This document shows positions 26,389 through 40,340 of a stretch of DNA of 64,000 nt, one piece after another. The notes under the pieces are model-generated. The model saw nothing but the letters and a program-made list of their open reading frames with translations, searched no databases and was not told the origin of the DNA. The translations under genes were made by a program, and so were the position numbers. Every line of letters starts with the position of its first letter. Position 1 is the first letter of the stretch. The stretch lies in assembly GCA_964188305.1 (NCBI GenBank), contig OZ076887.1. The stretch is one strand, 5' to 3'. The stretch is from Podarcis bocagei. Lineage: Eukaryota.

Positions 26389-26718
26389 CATCCAAACATT
26401 TATATCTGCACACTTAGTCAGCATCTTCTTGCCTTGCTCCAAGTTCAACTACTGAAGCAATCATGATCGGGCTGAGAGATATCCTGTCTTGTAGTGACTT
26501 AAAACATATAATTCACTGGAGGTTAGAGTTAGTGCTTTAAAACAAGCATTGCCAACCAACGTGCACAAGATAAGAGTAGCCGGATTGCCCTCTTCCATCT
26601 TTTGACAGATGTTAGGCAATCATTCTGGAGTTACATTACATGATGCTATGTACCTCACTCAGCAAACATACAGAGATATACATGTTACATGTCAAGTTTT
26701 GCAGAAACACCAAAGCAT

Positions 26719-26724
26719 TTTATT
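26719..26724 (-). terminator. Candidate distal poly(A) signal AATAAA for RPS6KC1
   Basis: TTTATT on + strand ~640 nt downstream of the stop; followed on the minus strand by GT/T-rich sequence. Confidence 0.45.
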
Positions 26725-27264
26725 TAGCATATGTTATTAATAAGTTATTCTTCTCCCCGTTCCCCAACCTCAGCTGCGTCTAGCTTAGGGAAGGAGTACA
26801 TTGACACTATAAAAAGAGGGGGAGGGCAATTTCCAGCTGGCATATGCAAGAGGAGCTTGGCATGTACAACAGGAGTGCCCCAACTCCGTCATGACTTACA
26901 AGAGAAACACAAAAGGTGCATTCCATTATACGTAATTCCCAAGTACCCAAACCAGATGGGATCACGAACACAGGTCGCCACCAAAAACTTCCAGTTCTGT
27001 GTTGAGCTCCCTGTTCCCACGCATTCTCCACCCCAATCCCAAACGGCTGCCAAAAACATGAAAAGTGGGGTGAAGAAATGTACAGCATTGTTTCTCCAAA
27101 ACAGAACAAAGACAGAGAGTGGGGCATGATCAGCATCACATCTCATCCTGGCCAAAAAGGACTACTAAATACAGTGCCCATTAGTGTAGACCACACCTTA
27201 GTTTGGCCTAGTCCTCAATTCTGGCTGAAACTGTTCTCTCTTTGATGCCTTTCCAGTCTCCAAC

Positions 27265-27270
27265 TTTATT
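27265..27270 (-). terminator. Candidate proximal poly(A) signal AATAAA
   Basis: TTTATT on + strand ~92 nt after the stop codon. Confidence 0.3.
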
Positions 27271-27361
27271 CATCCTTGCCCAGAAGATCCGAGAACCTTT
27301 ATGATGGCAGCCAGCCAAGAAAGGTATCTGTAAACATGGGCAGTGGACTTGTCGCACCTTT

Positions 27362-27472
27362 TCACTTTGTTAATTCCGCCCAGTCGATGGGGGCAAAAAA
27401 GGGGTGGGATTTTATGTCTTCAACTCCGGAGATTCCAGCACCAAGACGCTCCACAGCATTGAACTGCAAAAG
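27362..27472 (-). CDS. RPS6KC1: RPS6KC1 terminal coding exon, LLQFNAVERLGAGISGVEDIKSHPFFAPIDWAELTK*
   Basis: Manual translation; acceptor gccttaAG; AGC-kinase-type ending ERLG...IKSHPFF..IDW; TGA stop at 27362-27364. Confidence 0.96.
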   Translation of the reverse strand, partial: LLQFNAVERLGAGISGVEDIKSHPFFAPIDWAELTK

Positions 27473-30400
27473 CTTAAGGCAAAATATACAGAGTTACTAT
27501 GAACCATAGGAATAGAAGTGCTCAGCAACCATACCAGAATGGACTTGGTACAGTCCGTGAGATTGTGTTTATGATTGTATCATTCCTGTAAGCTTCCCAG
27601 AGAACTTAGCTATTGAGCAACATACAAACTAGGGAAGGCATTCAACAAATGGGGAACTAGCATCAATAAGGTCCCATCAGGGATCACTTCCAACTGGGCA
27701 ACTCCCAGTGGCAGCGGCACCAACATGTGCTCTGCCCCTGCCCATCATAGGGCCTGAGATGGTTGGTGTTGGAGAATATACTCTGGTCTCAAGCCATTCA
27801 GTGGCAACTTCTAATTCCTTCCCTGAATTGCTACTAGGGCAATCCCACACACTGTGTGGCAGCAGACACCAAGTGCAGGCTCAACAGGCAGCCACTGACA
27901 GTCTTGGTCCCCCATCCCTGATTATGATGAACAACCCCCATCTTAACGAACTTCATTCTTGTTGCAGCCACACTTTTAGGTGTGTTTTGAGGGAGGGGGG
28001 AGAGTAATGTGCAAAGAAAGTCTTGATAATCTCTAGAAACTAGTGATGCTCCGAAACCAAGTCTAAAGAAAATGGAGCAGCTGATTGCCAGAATTATGAA
28101 AACTAAGCAGCTTGTTTATTTTGCATTGAAGAACTTACAATATATTCAAAAGGGGGGAGGAGCTGAATATATGTAGAAAGTGAAGCCAGCTCTTCATATC
28201 TGCAAATTCTGATGGAGAATGATTGCTTGAAAGGAAGTAACCAGCAAAGAGGCAGGAAAATATTTACCAAGGATAAAGGAGCTGAAGTTTACATTTTGCC
28301 ATCTTATGAGACTGCCGCATTCTAAATAAACAGTTCAAAAGAATAAATTCGTTTCTGGGTTTCCTCTAAAGGACTGACTCCTGTATAATGCAACTCCCTA
28401 CATCCCATTGTCATTTAGTAGTGCTCTGTATTCTTCTGGGCGGTGCGTCTTCAAATGCATACAACCCCATAATCAAAGTGAGAAATTTCCCCATAAAATG
28501 TATTCATTTGCACATCTTAAGTTGGCTCTGCCATTTAAAATCTCTCAAACCTCTCACTTGGTAGAGATAACTCGGAGAGCAAAAACAAGCCTCTCCTTTG
28601 TGAATATACATGAGCCGACAGAAAAACAGTCGCAGGCATTGCCATTCTGCTGTCCTTCCTGCAAAACGGAACAAGTGACAGCAGGTGGGAAAGTTAAGTG
28701 CAAAGAAAATTATGCTCTGAAGCTTTCTCCCCTTTCTGCAAGGAGAGAACTATAATCTTGGAAAGCAAATGCAGAATAAATTGTGCTGGATCTACATGGC
28801 TGGGAAACACACGGGTTTATTATGCTTTGCCGAGACAACCTTTGAGAAAGATCTTGTGGACAAAATGCCAGTCAAGTCAGCCCTTCCAAACTTCATCTAA
28901 AGAGATTTAGACATCCAAATATAAATAATAACAGCTCTGAATTACAGAATACTTAGTTGGCTAAAGGGGGGGGAGTGTGATTTTTTGTTTTTTTTTAATG
29001 AGGTCACTGGTTTTGGAAGCTGTGTCACGAGACACATTTGGCATAGCATCTGCACACTGTTCCTCTCCTAGGCATTCTGCAACGGGCTGACCCAAGCAAC
29101 CCTGCGAGGGGATGGAAGAGGAAAATTACAATGACAAATGACCAGCCATGCCAAGAGCCCCTTTTTCCTTTTCCTGACTAAGCTTCCTCAAATATGAATG
29201 GTAGTTTCCTTGGATAGACACACAACAGAAGGTTGATTTACTAGCCAATGGGGCATAGCCTTCGACCCAAAAGTCAGCCACGTGCAGCCTAGGGCTGGAA
29301 CGCTTCCTCTAGGACACGGGTGGCTTTGAACTTGGAGAGGAGGGAAATAGCAAATGGCCTGGCTTAAGAGGTCCCACGGGAGCTGAGCACTGCTATGTGT
29401 TGCTTTAATAAAGGTCTCCAAGATGCCAGTGGTAAAATTCCATTTATTTTCAATCTCTGTGTGTGCAGAGGGGAAGCACTCAGCCTTCTATGAGATTTTA
29501 TGTACTGGATGAGCATAGTTATGGAGTATTACATTCACTCTGGTACAGTGGACAGGCTGCTATTGGTAGCAGCAGCAGTATTGCTATTTTACTACTCCTG
29601 TTAATATTATTATTAGTATTATTTCAGTTTTTTACACACCCTTCATCATAAGGTCTCAGGGCAGGCTACAAAAATTTCATCATCATCATTATTTATATCC
29701 CACCCATCTGACGGGGTGGCTGAGTCGATATTCAATATTCAATTCAATATTAAACAGTTCTGTTCAATATTAAAACAGTTTAACTCATACAAAAGGTGCA
29801 GGACTAGGGAGAGTCCTGAATGCATATATTTGTCAGGTGTCAAGGGGTGGATCACCCACCTCGGATCAACTATTAAAGACCTATTTTTTAAAAAAATTAA
29901 ATCACCTGATTTTCGCAGTAAATTCAGGCCACAGTTATACTTGCCATGACCACAGCTGTGAAGGTCCCTTATGCCAAACCCTCAACAACTCTTTAACCTC
30001 TTTCCAAGATGAACCACCTTCACTTACAAAAATGGTCAGGAAATGCATGTCCATTTGCAGCTCTACACCTTTTTATGGCTATGTGCCTTTTGCAGGCCAT
30101 CCTTGTTAATCATTCATTTCTCAGCTCCTGGCTACGCTCCCCACCCCCCACTTTTAAAGGACAGGTGTAGTTCTAGTTGCTTCTGTCTGTTTGCTGGGAT
30201 GCTCAAGAAAGAAAGAGAGTATCTGTGGCCAAAAGGTGCAGTTCATTCCACCAAGACAGCCCACAGACCTCTGAGCACACTTCTCAGATTTTTAGTTCAT
30301 GGGGGCTCCCAAGTAGATGTTAAACACCCCTAAGGACTTTCCAGAGAAGATGGCACAAACAGACATGATGCATTCACAACATTAATAGCTGCATGTTTTC

Positions 30401-30933
30401 CTAAAAGTAAATGCCAGAGGCCAAAGGAATAATCAAGGATTATAACTGTGGTGTAAGAGGAATGAAGCTTTAATTCTGGGGTGGGGAGCCTCAGGCCTAG
30501 AGGCCAAGTGCAGACTTCCAGGCCCCTCTGTTGCTGCCATCTCGAGGCCACACCCCTTAGTGGTTCTGCTGTGCACCCTCCTTGAGTGCTTTCACTAGGT
30601 AGATTAGGTTCTTGAACCCTTGTTAGCGTAGATACAGAGGGGTGTGGGGGACTGTGTGTAGAAACCAGCCTGCCGCACACAGGTGCAATTTTCATTTGTT
30701 CCTCCACCCACTTTTACCTCTGCACTTCCTGCCATTGGTAGGTGGCCCCCTAAAGGCTGCCCAGAAGGGAGTGTGGCCCTCGAAATGTAAGAAGTTCCAC
30801 ACTCCCTGCTTTAATGCCTTGCCTCTGCCATGAGTCTGATCTGGATCAGACTCTCCCATAGCTTCCATTTGTAGCTTCTACTTGAGCGGGAAGCTCCCAC
30901 TGGTTGCAGTCCTTGCTCAGTTGAAAACATGGG

Positions 30934-30935
<2 letters not shown>

Positions 30936-30978
<43 letters not shown>
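30936..30978. repeat. (GT)n microsatellite
   Basis: Direct reading. Confidence 0.95.
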
Positions 30979-30979
<1 letters not shown>

Positions 30980-31207
30980 TATCAAAGGTTTACACCAACC
31001 TGGGGCCATTCAGATGTTTTGGACTACAATTTCCATCAGCCCTTGCCGGTATGGCTGTGACAAGCAAGGGGTTGTTGGGAGTTGTTATCCAAAACATCAG
31101 AAGGGAGAGCCAGATCAGCAAAGGTTGATGCAGACCCTTTAACCAAGAATCACCAGCTGGCATGTATGTGTGTAGAAAGCGCATATACAAATTCTCCAGG
31201 AACGTAC

Positions 31208-31303
31208 CTGTTGAAGGAGTGATCTTGCCTCTTCTGAGATGTGATCTGGCACGTTCAGACAGGTGTGGGTATTTATTCCTGCTGGGTGGCACTCCAGCAA
31301 AGT
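31208..31303 (-). CDS. RPS6KC1: RPS6KC1 coding exon (96 nt), TLLECHPAGINTHTCLNVPDHISEEARSLLQQ
   Basis: Manual translation; acceptor gctatAG, donor GTacgt; phase 0/0; matches the recalled RPS6KC1 C-lobe sequence. Confidence 0.95.
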
Positions 31304-31426
31304 CTATAGCAAACCAACAAGAAACATGATAATGTTGTTAATGTATATAGTGATATAATGATGTAAAAGAAGAGTAATGTGCACCACAGTGCTCTGCTCC
31401 AGAACCTCTGCACATGTGTCTCCCAA

Positions 31427-31486
31427 ACAGTTGGCTTTGGGAGTTTGATCTGCTGAGAGCTCAATGTGCATGCTCAGAATCTCATT
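31427..31486 (+). repeat. 60-bp exact direct repeat, copy 1
   Basis: acagttggctttgggagtttgatctgctgagagctcaatgtgcatgctcagaatctcatt, identical to 32807-32866. Confidence 0.92.
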
Positions 31487-32187
31487 TTACATTCAGAGAT
31501 GGAGAAGGACATGGTTCGACTTAGCATGCCATCGTGAATCAGGCTCATGGGTTAGCTCTAACCAGCAGAATGACTGAAGAGAAGCAGAACAGCCCTGATT
31601 TCCTCTCCTAGCACCTGCACATGTTAAACCATGGTTTGGCTTAGTGTGGCGTGCAAACCAGATTACTGTCTTGCCTTTATCTGTTCTCTTCCTTCCTGGA
31701 ATTCTACAAAGTCCCCAAAATACAAGAGTCAACATAACAAAATACAGGAGTTAACATGATATATCAGCAGACTGTGTACAATGGTCAGCCTAGAAGCCTG
31801 CAACCCTAGTTTACATCCTGCAACAAACATTCATTGTAAATTTTGCTCCCGTATGATACCTTTTCAAGAAGAACGTAACTTTTTCATTGTCCCTGGAAAG
31901 ACTTTTGGTGCCATGAATCTTACCAGAATGGTCCATTGTGAATTTAATTAACAGTGTCTACATTAACACAAGCAATGCTTCATTCTGCCCCAAGAATAGA
32001 GCATCCCTAGTGAGATGATCTAGCACCATCTGTTTGTCAGAATGCCTTTGCCTGTTGAAGAGTTCTGTGCAGGACAGAAGTATGCATCCTGCACTTCAGT
32101 TACTCTCAATAAAGAGACTGCTGATCTTCTCAAAGTTTCTGTTATGTGCTATGCCCCTTTTGCTAAATAATGGTCAGGATGGCTCAC

Positions 32188-32270
32188 CTTCCCCGTCAGA
32201 AGTTCGAAGAGCAAAGCACCTAGACTCCACCAATCGCAGGCCTCTGTTTCTTCAAAGACAACGCCAACTT
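32188..32270 (-). CDS. RPS6KC1: RPS6KC1 coding exon (83 nt), (E)[27 protein letters not shown], kinase subdomain IX
   Basis: Within ORF 32149..32385(-); acceptor tttcattcAG, donor GTgagc; DWWSLG motif; phase 1 in, phase 0 out. Confidence 0.96.
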
Positions 32271-32806
32271 CTGAATGAAAGACATTTGCAATGAAAATCC
32301 AAGCGATGTGTGCACCTTGAAACTTGCATTTCCAAGGAGACACAGATGCTAGTGGAGCATATCTGAAGCTTAGCCCTTCAGACAACCTAGTGCATAGACA
32401 CGCATCATTACAGACAAAACGATTTACTCTTCAGTTTGGAATGTCAAGAGAGGCTGCTGCTCCCTCCTAAACACCTCCTCCTCCCAGCCACACACCTTGA
32501 ATGGCTTTAAAAGAGCATTAGACAAATTCACCGAGGATGAGGCTATCAATGGCACCTAGCCACAATGGCTATGTTCTCTCCTCACTGTCGGAGGCGTTAT
32601 GCTTCAGAATACCAGTTGCTGGGAATCACAGATGGGCAGAGTGCTATAGAGCTCAGGTAGGTACAGCTTGTAGGGCTTCCCCCAGGAATCTGGCTGGCCA
32701 CTGCTTCTTATGGGTTTATGTCAGTTCTCTCCATTGCAAATCTTTATGAAGAGGGATTAATCCCCCTGGCACATTGAAGGAAAGAGTATGCCCACTATAG
32801 CATATC

Positions 32807-32866
32807 ACAGTTGGCTTTGGGAGTTTGATCTGCTGAGAGCTCAATGTGCATGCTCAGAATCTCATT
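32807..32866 (+). repeat. 60-bp exact direct repeat, copy 2
   Basis: Identical to 31427-31486. Confidence 0.92.
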
Positions 32867-35800
32867 CTGTCCTGGGTGCATGAGTGTCTCTTTACATGAA
32901 CGCGGAACTGGTAGTTTGTTGCCTTAATCTTGGTTAGCACTGCCCTCGCCCCACACAAAATACAGCAGAACCATGGTATATTATCAGTCTTTATATCAAG
33001 GGTGGGGAACCTATGGCCCTCCAGATGTTGCTGGAATCAAACTCCCAACAGCCTGGCCAGTAGCCTGGGGTGATGCGAGTTGAAGTCCAACAACACCTGG
33101 AGGCGGTTAGCAAACAAAAAACCCCACTTTGCAAAGTTTAAGCTGTGTCCTCTGGATGTTGCTGGTCCCCCAACATCCCTGACCATTGACCATATTAGAT
33201 GAGCCTGATTGGAGCTGTAGTCCAACAAGTTCTGGAGGGCCCACATTGGCTACCGCTGGTTTAGACATTCAGGCGTATCACCCAACCAGGTTTACATGAT
33301 ACAGTAGTTGCACAGAGCCAATATGGGAACAACTCTTAAGAATACAGTGGGAATGTCTGCTCAAATGTGTGCCAACACTGAACCGAATGGGTTCAGCTCT
33401 TCCACACATGAGCAGGACGGGGACTAGTGTCTGTTGCAACTCCCTGCTGTTTTGTTCCAACAAACCATAGCTACAGACCATAACTACATAAGCATTATCG
33501 TTCAGTCCTTTTAGACTAGCTTCCTTCTATAAATTTTCTAAAAAACCTGATTGGTATTAAAAAAAATATGCATCTGTGCTGTGTATATCTTTTGTAATTT
33601 ACAAACAATTAAAAGCTGTATTCAAACAACCACTTAATGCCCTTTCTATAGAGCCAAGCCCAATGTTAGCCACCCACAAAGTAGTGAAATCAAATAAGGC
33701 TGCAGTCCTAAGCACAACTATGTTGGAGTGAGTCCCATTAACCTCTGTGGTGCTGTCAGGACAGGACTTTGGGCCCCAGGCCCAGGGCCCCACTCAGCAG
33801 AATAAGGCTGATTACCAGATTTTGCCAGTAAAGTAATACAGAATTCATTGTGCAGAGGAAGGTCCCCCATAAGACCTTAAAATCCTGAGTCTTAACTACC
33901 AGTACACACTCAGTGAGACTTCGCCAGGCTGCAACATCAGAATGCTGTGTGTGTTACTTCTGAGCAGAGATGCGTAAGATTGCACTAGAAGAATCCAAAT
34001 CTTTAAATGTTTACTCAATGGAAAACCCCACTGAGTTCAGTTAACATTCAAGATAAGCATGCAAAGGTTTGCAGCCTTTAAGATCTTAGATGTTTTGGCC
34101 AACTGGGTAGTCGCTCTTCGATATAATTTTATTTTACCCTCCCATCCCTCAATATCTTCATTCTCCCTGCTTTGCCTCTCAGAGCTGGCTGTTTCCACAT
34201 TCAGAATTAAAGTGAGAGACTTTCAATAATCAAGGAGACAGAGGCAGATAAACATTTGCCATATTCTCTCCCTTTGAATGGGTCACATAATGGCCACCAC
34301 AACTTATTGATAGTAATAGGCTCAGTATATCACATCAATAAGGGTACCTTTTCTCTCAATAAGGCATCCCTGGGAAGAAGAAGAAAAATCTAGAAAACTA
34401 TAGATTGTGGTGTGATTTCACGTGATAAGTTGTCCAAGCAGCTAATGCCATTCTGCATGACAAAATTGCTCTCCCCAGCCCCCCCCCCCAGCTTTAATGT
34501 TGCAGTAAATCTAATCCCAATACCCATTCTTAATAATGAAGCCATTTCGTTCACATCACCCAAGTCATTTACACAACAAATGGCAGCAACATACAAGCTT
34601 AAGTGACCAGTTGCTTTCCAAACTGCAATTTGTTCCAACAGGTCTCTCCACTTAGTGGATGCAAGCCATTCAAGAGTCATTCAGGGAAGAACGTGGGGCT
34701 ATCTGGATTGAGAAGCAGGGGAAGATGCCATACTCCAAATCAGGTCATTGCTCCACCTACAGAACCCACACTGCCCTTGATCTCTGAACAGCCAACTTGG
34801 AGCTGTTCCTCAGCCTTGATTTTGATTTTCTCCATCCAGACGTCACAATGTGCTGAATTTGTCATCAGGTCATCATGCCAGGAATTCTCCCGATTGCAAG
34901 TCCTCTTTGGACTTTGTCTCCAACTAGCTGTGCTTCTTCCAGCTCCTCCCTAAATTTTCATCGGACAAACACTTTTGCAACTTCTTTTTTAATCCACATT
35001 AACCATCAAAATGTTTCCTGCAAATTTTGTACTCAGTTATGTTTCTCATATGCGTCCAGGAAGCTCTGACAACAAGGAAAGTCTGAAAAATTTGAAGCAT
35101 TTCATTTCAAAACATACAAGCATCTACATTCTGCTTTGTGAAATAAAAATTAAAAACCCTTGTGTCCTTTAAGACAAAGACTAATGGCAATAGAAGGAAT
35201 CCTTCTTTTTCTTCCTGTTAGCTGGCCTCAGGATGGATTTAAAACTTCCTCTAAAGCCATCTGGCAATATAAAAAGGACAAAGTTGTTTAGTGCCGTGTT
35301 ATCAAAGATGATAAACACTCACTCCTAGCCTGCCCTTTAGCTCCTTTCAATTATATAGAAGAGCAACTACCCCACCCCAAACCATAGAACTACTACATTC
35401 AGGTCTTGCGACCTAATAAGTGGCTCCCTTTGAGAACTACGGCTGCATTTTAAATGTGGATTGCACTTTGTTCCTGGTGCCTTGAAAAATACAAAAAGAG
35501 TAATTTGCTGTATGCAATGTTTAAGAATACAGCACTTAGAATCCATTTGCTCTTCCGACAATAGCAGTGTGGAATTCGTAGATCGAAGATCAACCATGCC
35601 AAACCAATATTTGGACTCTCCAGTGCTCACATAAAGCTTCCCTGCCAATGGGCTCCCCCACTCATTTCAATGGAGGGTCAATTCTCTACACACAGAACTG
35701 GCTCTCTTTACTGATGCTCCATGTGTACCTAGGTCTCCGGATTACCCACCTCCCCTGTAAAAAATATTTCTATGCAAATAGAACTCCATTTTCCCCTACA

Positions 35801-38227
35801 ACTTTTCTTTCTCTGAAGTGCCGAAACGTGCGAGTCAATATGACTTAACTTAAGGGCACAAAGGTTTGTTGTTCAGCAGCAACAAGCCCTAAAACGTATC
35901 GCAACAGAGTTTTGAAAGGCATTACTTGGTAAGGGCCAAGGATATCTCACCTGACCTGATGTGTCAGTTTCTAAACACGTGATGTGCCGATACTCAACCT
36001 TGCCCTGAAATACAAGCCCGCTGAACGGGAAGCCCTATCCCATAATCCTAGATGTATAGAGAATAGCTGAGGGTGTTCAGCAGGGAGAAGGGGGGTGGTA
36101 CATACATCCAGAGAGGAGCTTTTTCCCACCTAGCTGACAGGTGACAGAAAAAGGTCTCGGCTAAAACTGATGATGCCAATAATCTAGGGAACAAGGGGAG
36201 GAATCATAGCCGAGTAGTAAAGCACACATCACACATGCAGACGGCCCTAGGCTCAACTCTTCTTATCTCCAATTAAAGGAACAAGTGGCAACACTGGAAA
36301 AGGACTTTCCCAGGGATCTCAGATTATTCCATTCAGTACTATGGCAGATGGAGCACTGCTATGACTCCGCATTGTATGTGATACCCTGGCTTCTGACACC
36401 TGACAGGTATCTTTTTAGGACCTGCCTTGTTTTTGTCATTTCGTTCTAAACTGTTTCTAATATTTTGAAATACGGTGCTTTAATATTAATATTGTGTTTT
36501 AATTGTTGTAAGCCTCCCTGGGAACTTAAGGTGAAAAGCAGGTAATAAATGATAATAAGAAGAATTTCTTTCACATGACAAGTGTCCTGATATTGACAGC
36601 AATATTTGTTCTCTTGGAACAAATTAAGCGCTGATGTCCAGACTGAGGGTAGCCTTGACTAGGCTATAGCTCCTTGCAGATAAGAACAAAAGGATCAGCT
36701 AGCCTCCCCTGAACCAAGTCCCCAAACTGCAGTTTTATAAACTTTCTATTGTTTGTGAGCTAGCAGCAGCTATACCTTTTGCCTTGTTTTGCTGCCAATG
36801 ACTCAGTGTTCAAAACTCCCATTGTTCTAGGCGCGTTTTGCGACAGGGAATTTCATAAACGCGAGCAGTTTTATAGCTCTGGGTCCAGTACTGCGCCTCA
36901 GATTTCAGATTAAAGTTGCCGCTGTTACTTGGAAGTAAATCCCAGTCAAGTTCAATGGGGCTTCCTCCCAAGTAAAACATGGGTAGATTGGGGACCTGAA
37001 AACTTTCTTTTCTTTTAACCCCAACATGTCTTGTTTAGGTTTTGGTTGCCTTGTTTAATGTACTTTTAATGTATGATGTGCTTTTAATCTGAAATATACT
37101 AGCCAGTTAGTTATGATGGTTTAATTAGTGCATGTTAAAGCATTATCTATCTCAGACTCTCACAGTGATGCTTAAAATCCAAACAAATTTTGGACTGAGA
37201 TCATTGAAGGACCCTTAAGTCTTAGGTTTGCAAACTGGACACTCAAGGTGGGCGTCTCTGCCATCAGCTGTATAGGCCTTTAATATGTGTTAACTGTGGC
37301 GCCAAAAAGATATATTTGTATGAAGGAAAGGGGGTGTAGTGAGAATCCAGGGCTTGTCCGCAGAGTGGAAGGAAAGGAGGACCTTTTTCTGCCTCCCCAC
37401 TTCCAGCCACTCTCTGATGACTGCAGAAGAGACCCTTTAAAAAATATTAGGGGGCGGGCAAGGGAAGCATGTATTTGTTTTTTGAAGTCTTCAGATGAGG
37501 ACTAGACCATGTGAAAAATGAACATAAGATTTTAGCTGCAGTTCATTCATTTTCAGCTTTGTATTCTTGTTATAAAAAGTATGCCTAGACATTCCGTTGT
37601 TGTGCCCATAACCTACTGTAGGTTTAAGGTATCATTTAGCTCCTAGCTTTCATATCTCAGTTTCTAACACTACAATGACTCTCTAAAATCCAAGATCATA
37701 ATGTTGACGGGGGCGGGGAACGGTTGCAGGAATATGTCAATAACAGAAGGCGATCATTTGCATTTCAAAATTTATCTTTCTTGCTCAATTAGACCAAAAC
37801 ATGTTGATTTAAAAGGTTTGTGTGTGAGAGTGTTTGTGTTTCTTTTTTCAAACTTATTTATAGAGCAGAATAATGGCCCCCCTGCTAGCTTGGCATTTGC
37901 TCAAAATTTTCGGTCCCTGCAAATCGAATGTTACTGGAATTTTTCCCTCAGCTCCCCTCCTCCTCCTCCTCCCCTCCCCACTCACCCCTCCTCCCCCTTT
38001 CAAAATACCAAGGCACATTAACCAAGAGATAAAAAGATCGGTTGCTGATATTACAAAGCACAGGGCAGGTGGTTAATGTTTTTTTAGCACAAATATGTGA
38101 TAAGGATTCCCAGGGGACACTGGGAGCAAAGGGGTGTTTAAACAGAAGTGAAACATTTGCATCATGAGTTCAGGACAACTTTGCCCTTTTATCCAAACAC
38201 CACCCACATACATAGATATGCTTACAT

Positions 38228-38230
<3 letters not shown>

Positions 38231-38275
<45 letters not shown>
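38231..38275. repeat. (TA)n microsatellite
   Basis: Direct reading. Confidence 0.95.
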
Positions 38276-38282
<7 letters not shown>

Positions 38283-38769
38283 CTTTTTCTTTCTTTAAAA
38301 AATGAATGAACAGCAAGCATTTTGGGAGCTACCGGTGTAAACTCTCAAGCACTGGTTACTAATTTGCTGTTAGGAAATTAAACCTGCTCAGACCACAGGC
38401 CATCCACTCTGGTGTTTTCTTCCCTGATAAAACTCAAGATTGTTCGACCAGAACATGCGTGCTCCAAAATACTACGATATTATGTGTCAATAATATAGGG
38501 TTGTATTCAACCCAGTGCTGAGGAGAAAGTTCTGTCAGTGCAAGGATTTATTGGACAATGGGAAGTTATCCCCCTCCCCTTCTCCCAGGCACCCCTAAAT
38601 CAGTTCTGGGGTTCCCCCAACTCTCCAGAACAGATATGGGGATAGTGCTATGGGGACAGGGGGAGGAAGGAGGGGGCTCCAGTGCTAATCCTTGCTCCAG
38701 TGCAAATATTTTGTTGAATACCTCCCACAGCCCACAATAGCCAGTGCTTTGGCTAATCAGCAGAACTGA

Positions 38770-39046
38770 GGCTGCGTTCACAAAGAAGTTTATTCTGTTT
38801 CCCTGACATCTGCCCAGCCATTAATTTCCACTTTATATCTGAGCTTCCACACGACATAGAAGCCGCGTGTTATTTGCAAACGGAATTTTCCCTGGAAATG
38901 AACAAGAGGGAAATGAGCGCCAGACTTGTGCTATATTCTGCTATATCTCTGGAGGTTGCTTTTATGTCTCGTGAAAGCTCAGATACGATGTGGAAATTAA
39001 CAGTTATGAGAAATGTTAGGAAAAGATAATAAATGTAAATGCAGCC
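38770..39046. mobile_element. Palindromic MITE (PIF/Harbinger-like)
   Basis: GGCTGCGTTCACA / TGTAAATGCAGCC termini; arms ttaatttccac...tatctgagctt / aagctcagata...gtggaaattaa. Confidence 0.62.
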
Positions 39047-40340
39047 CGAGACTACTGTTGCTTTCCCTTACCTCTTCCTCTCCGTTGTGTTATTGATTGT
39101 CACGACTGATCTGCGTTTTAAGAAATATGGAGCTGTTTTGTTTTCTGTGCCTTCCGCTCCGTATCGCTAGCTGACGGTGCAAAGGATGGGGAAACCCTGC
39201 AGATAATGTCATCAGGGCACTGAGTAAGTTGTGCTATACATTCTGCAGGCAAGGAGGGCAACACATGAGTCCATGCGGCTGCATCCTGCGTCAATCATAT
39301 GCTTAGCAGAATTGTGGGAATTATGGAATCATAAACTGAAAGATATGACTAGCTTGTGTCTATCAATTTCAGTGGGTCTATTCTGAGCAGGATTAGCGGA
39401 CTACAACCCTATTTTTGGCACCAGTATTTCTTACAATATATAGTTCTGCTCTTGTGATTGTAAGCCTTTGGGCACAGTCGTGTGTTTTATAATTTTCATA
39501 CGCAGCCGCCTTGCTTTTTATGGAGCTAAAACATATTATTAAATGTTCTTCTTCTTTATTTTATTAATTACCAGGATGGATTTTGGAGTCAATCATTCCT
39601 ATTATGCTACGGAATATAGTGATTTTTTTAAAAAAAAATCTGACTTTTGTTTGGGCAGCACGCCTTTTTCGCTTTGGCGAGTGCTTTACTTGGAGAGCTT
39701 CTGCAAATAGCATTATAGTTATTTATTTCAGCTTAAACTTCTTTACGTAACCTGTCCTTGGGACTCTGGGAACTAAAGGGATGGCCTGATATGTGATAGT
39801 ACTAGAATACTCAGAAACTCGCACAGCCGACAGAGCAGATGAGCACAAGCAATTACAACAAAGCTCCTCTATATCTAGATCTGGAGCACTGGGGGGAAAT
39901 GCTAGCCGCCCCCCCCCCCCTTGACCACAGAAATCAGTTAATGGTAGGTTGCCATCTACTGGCCAACTTCAAGAAAGAATTCCCCTGGCAAAAGCTGTTT
40001 GAGGGCCGAAGCAGATGCTACCAGCAAATGAATATTTTGGGTTTGGTCATTCCACACACACACACACACCCTCCAAGCCAGAGGGCTGCTTTGTTTATGG
40101 AAAAGCAACCAAGGGAGGGGGGCTTGACCCTTTCCCTGCCGACTGCTTTCCCACTCCCACTTGCTACCTTCCAAACACTCCTGTCTTGAAAAGCAGCTGG
40201 AAGAGGCACTTTTGGAGCACAGAAATGGCAGGCATGGAATGGATTAAAATGGTGCACATTTGAAATTCAGTTCACCTTATTGTGATTTTGAGCTGCAGCC
40301 ATCTCGGGGTTTTTTGTTTTTTGCTTTGGTACATGGAATA

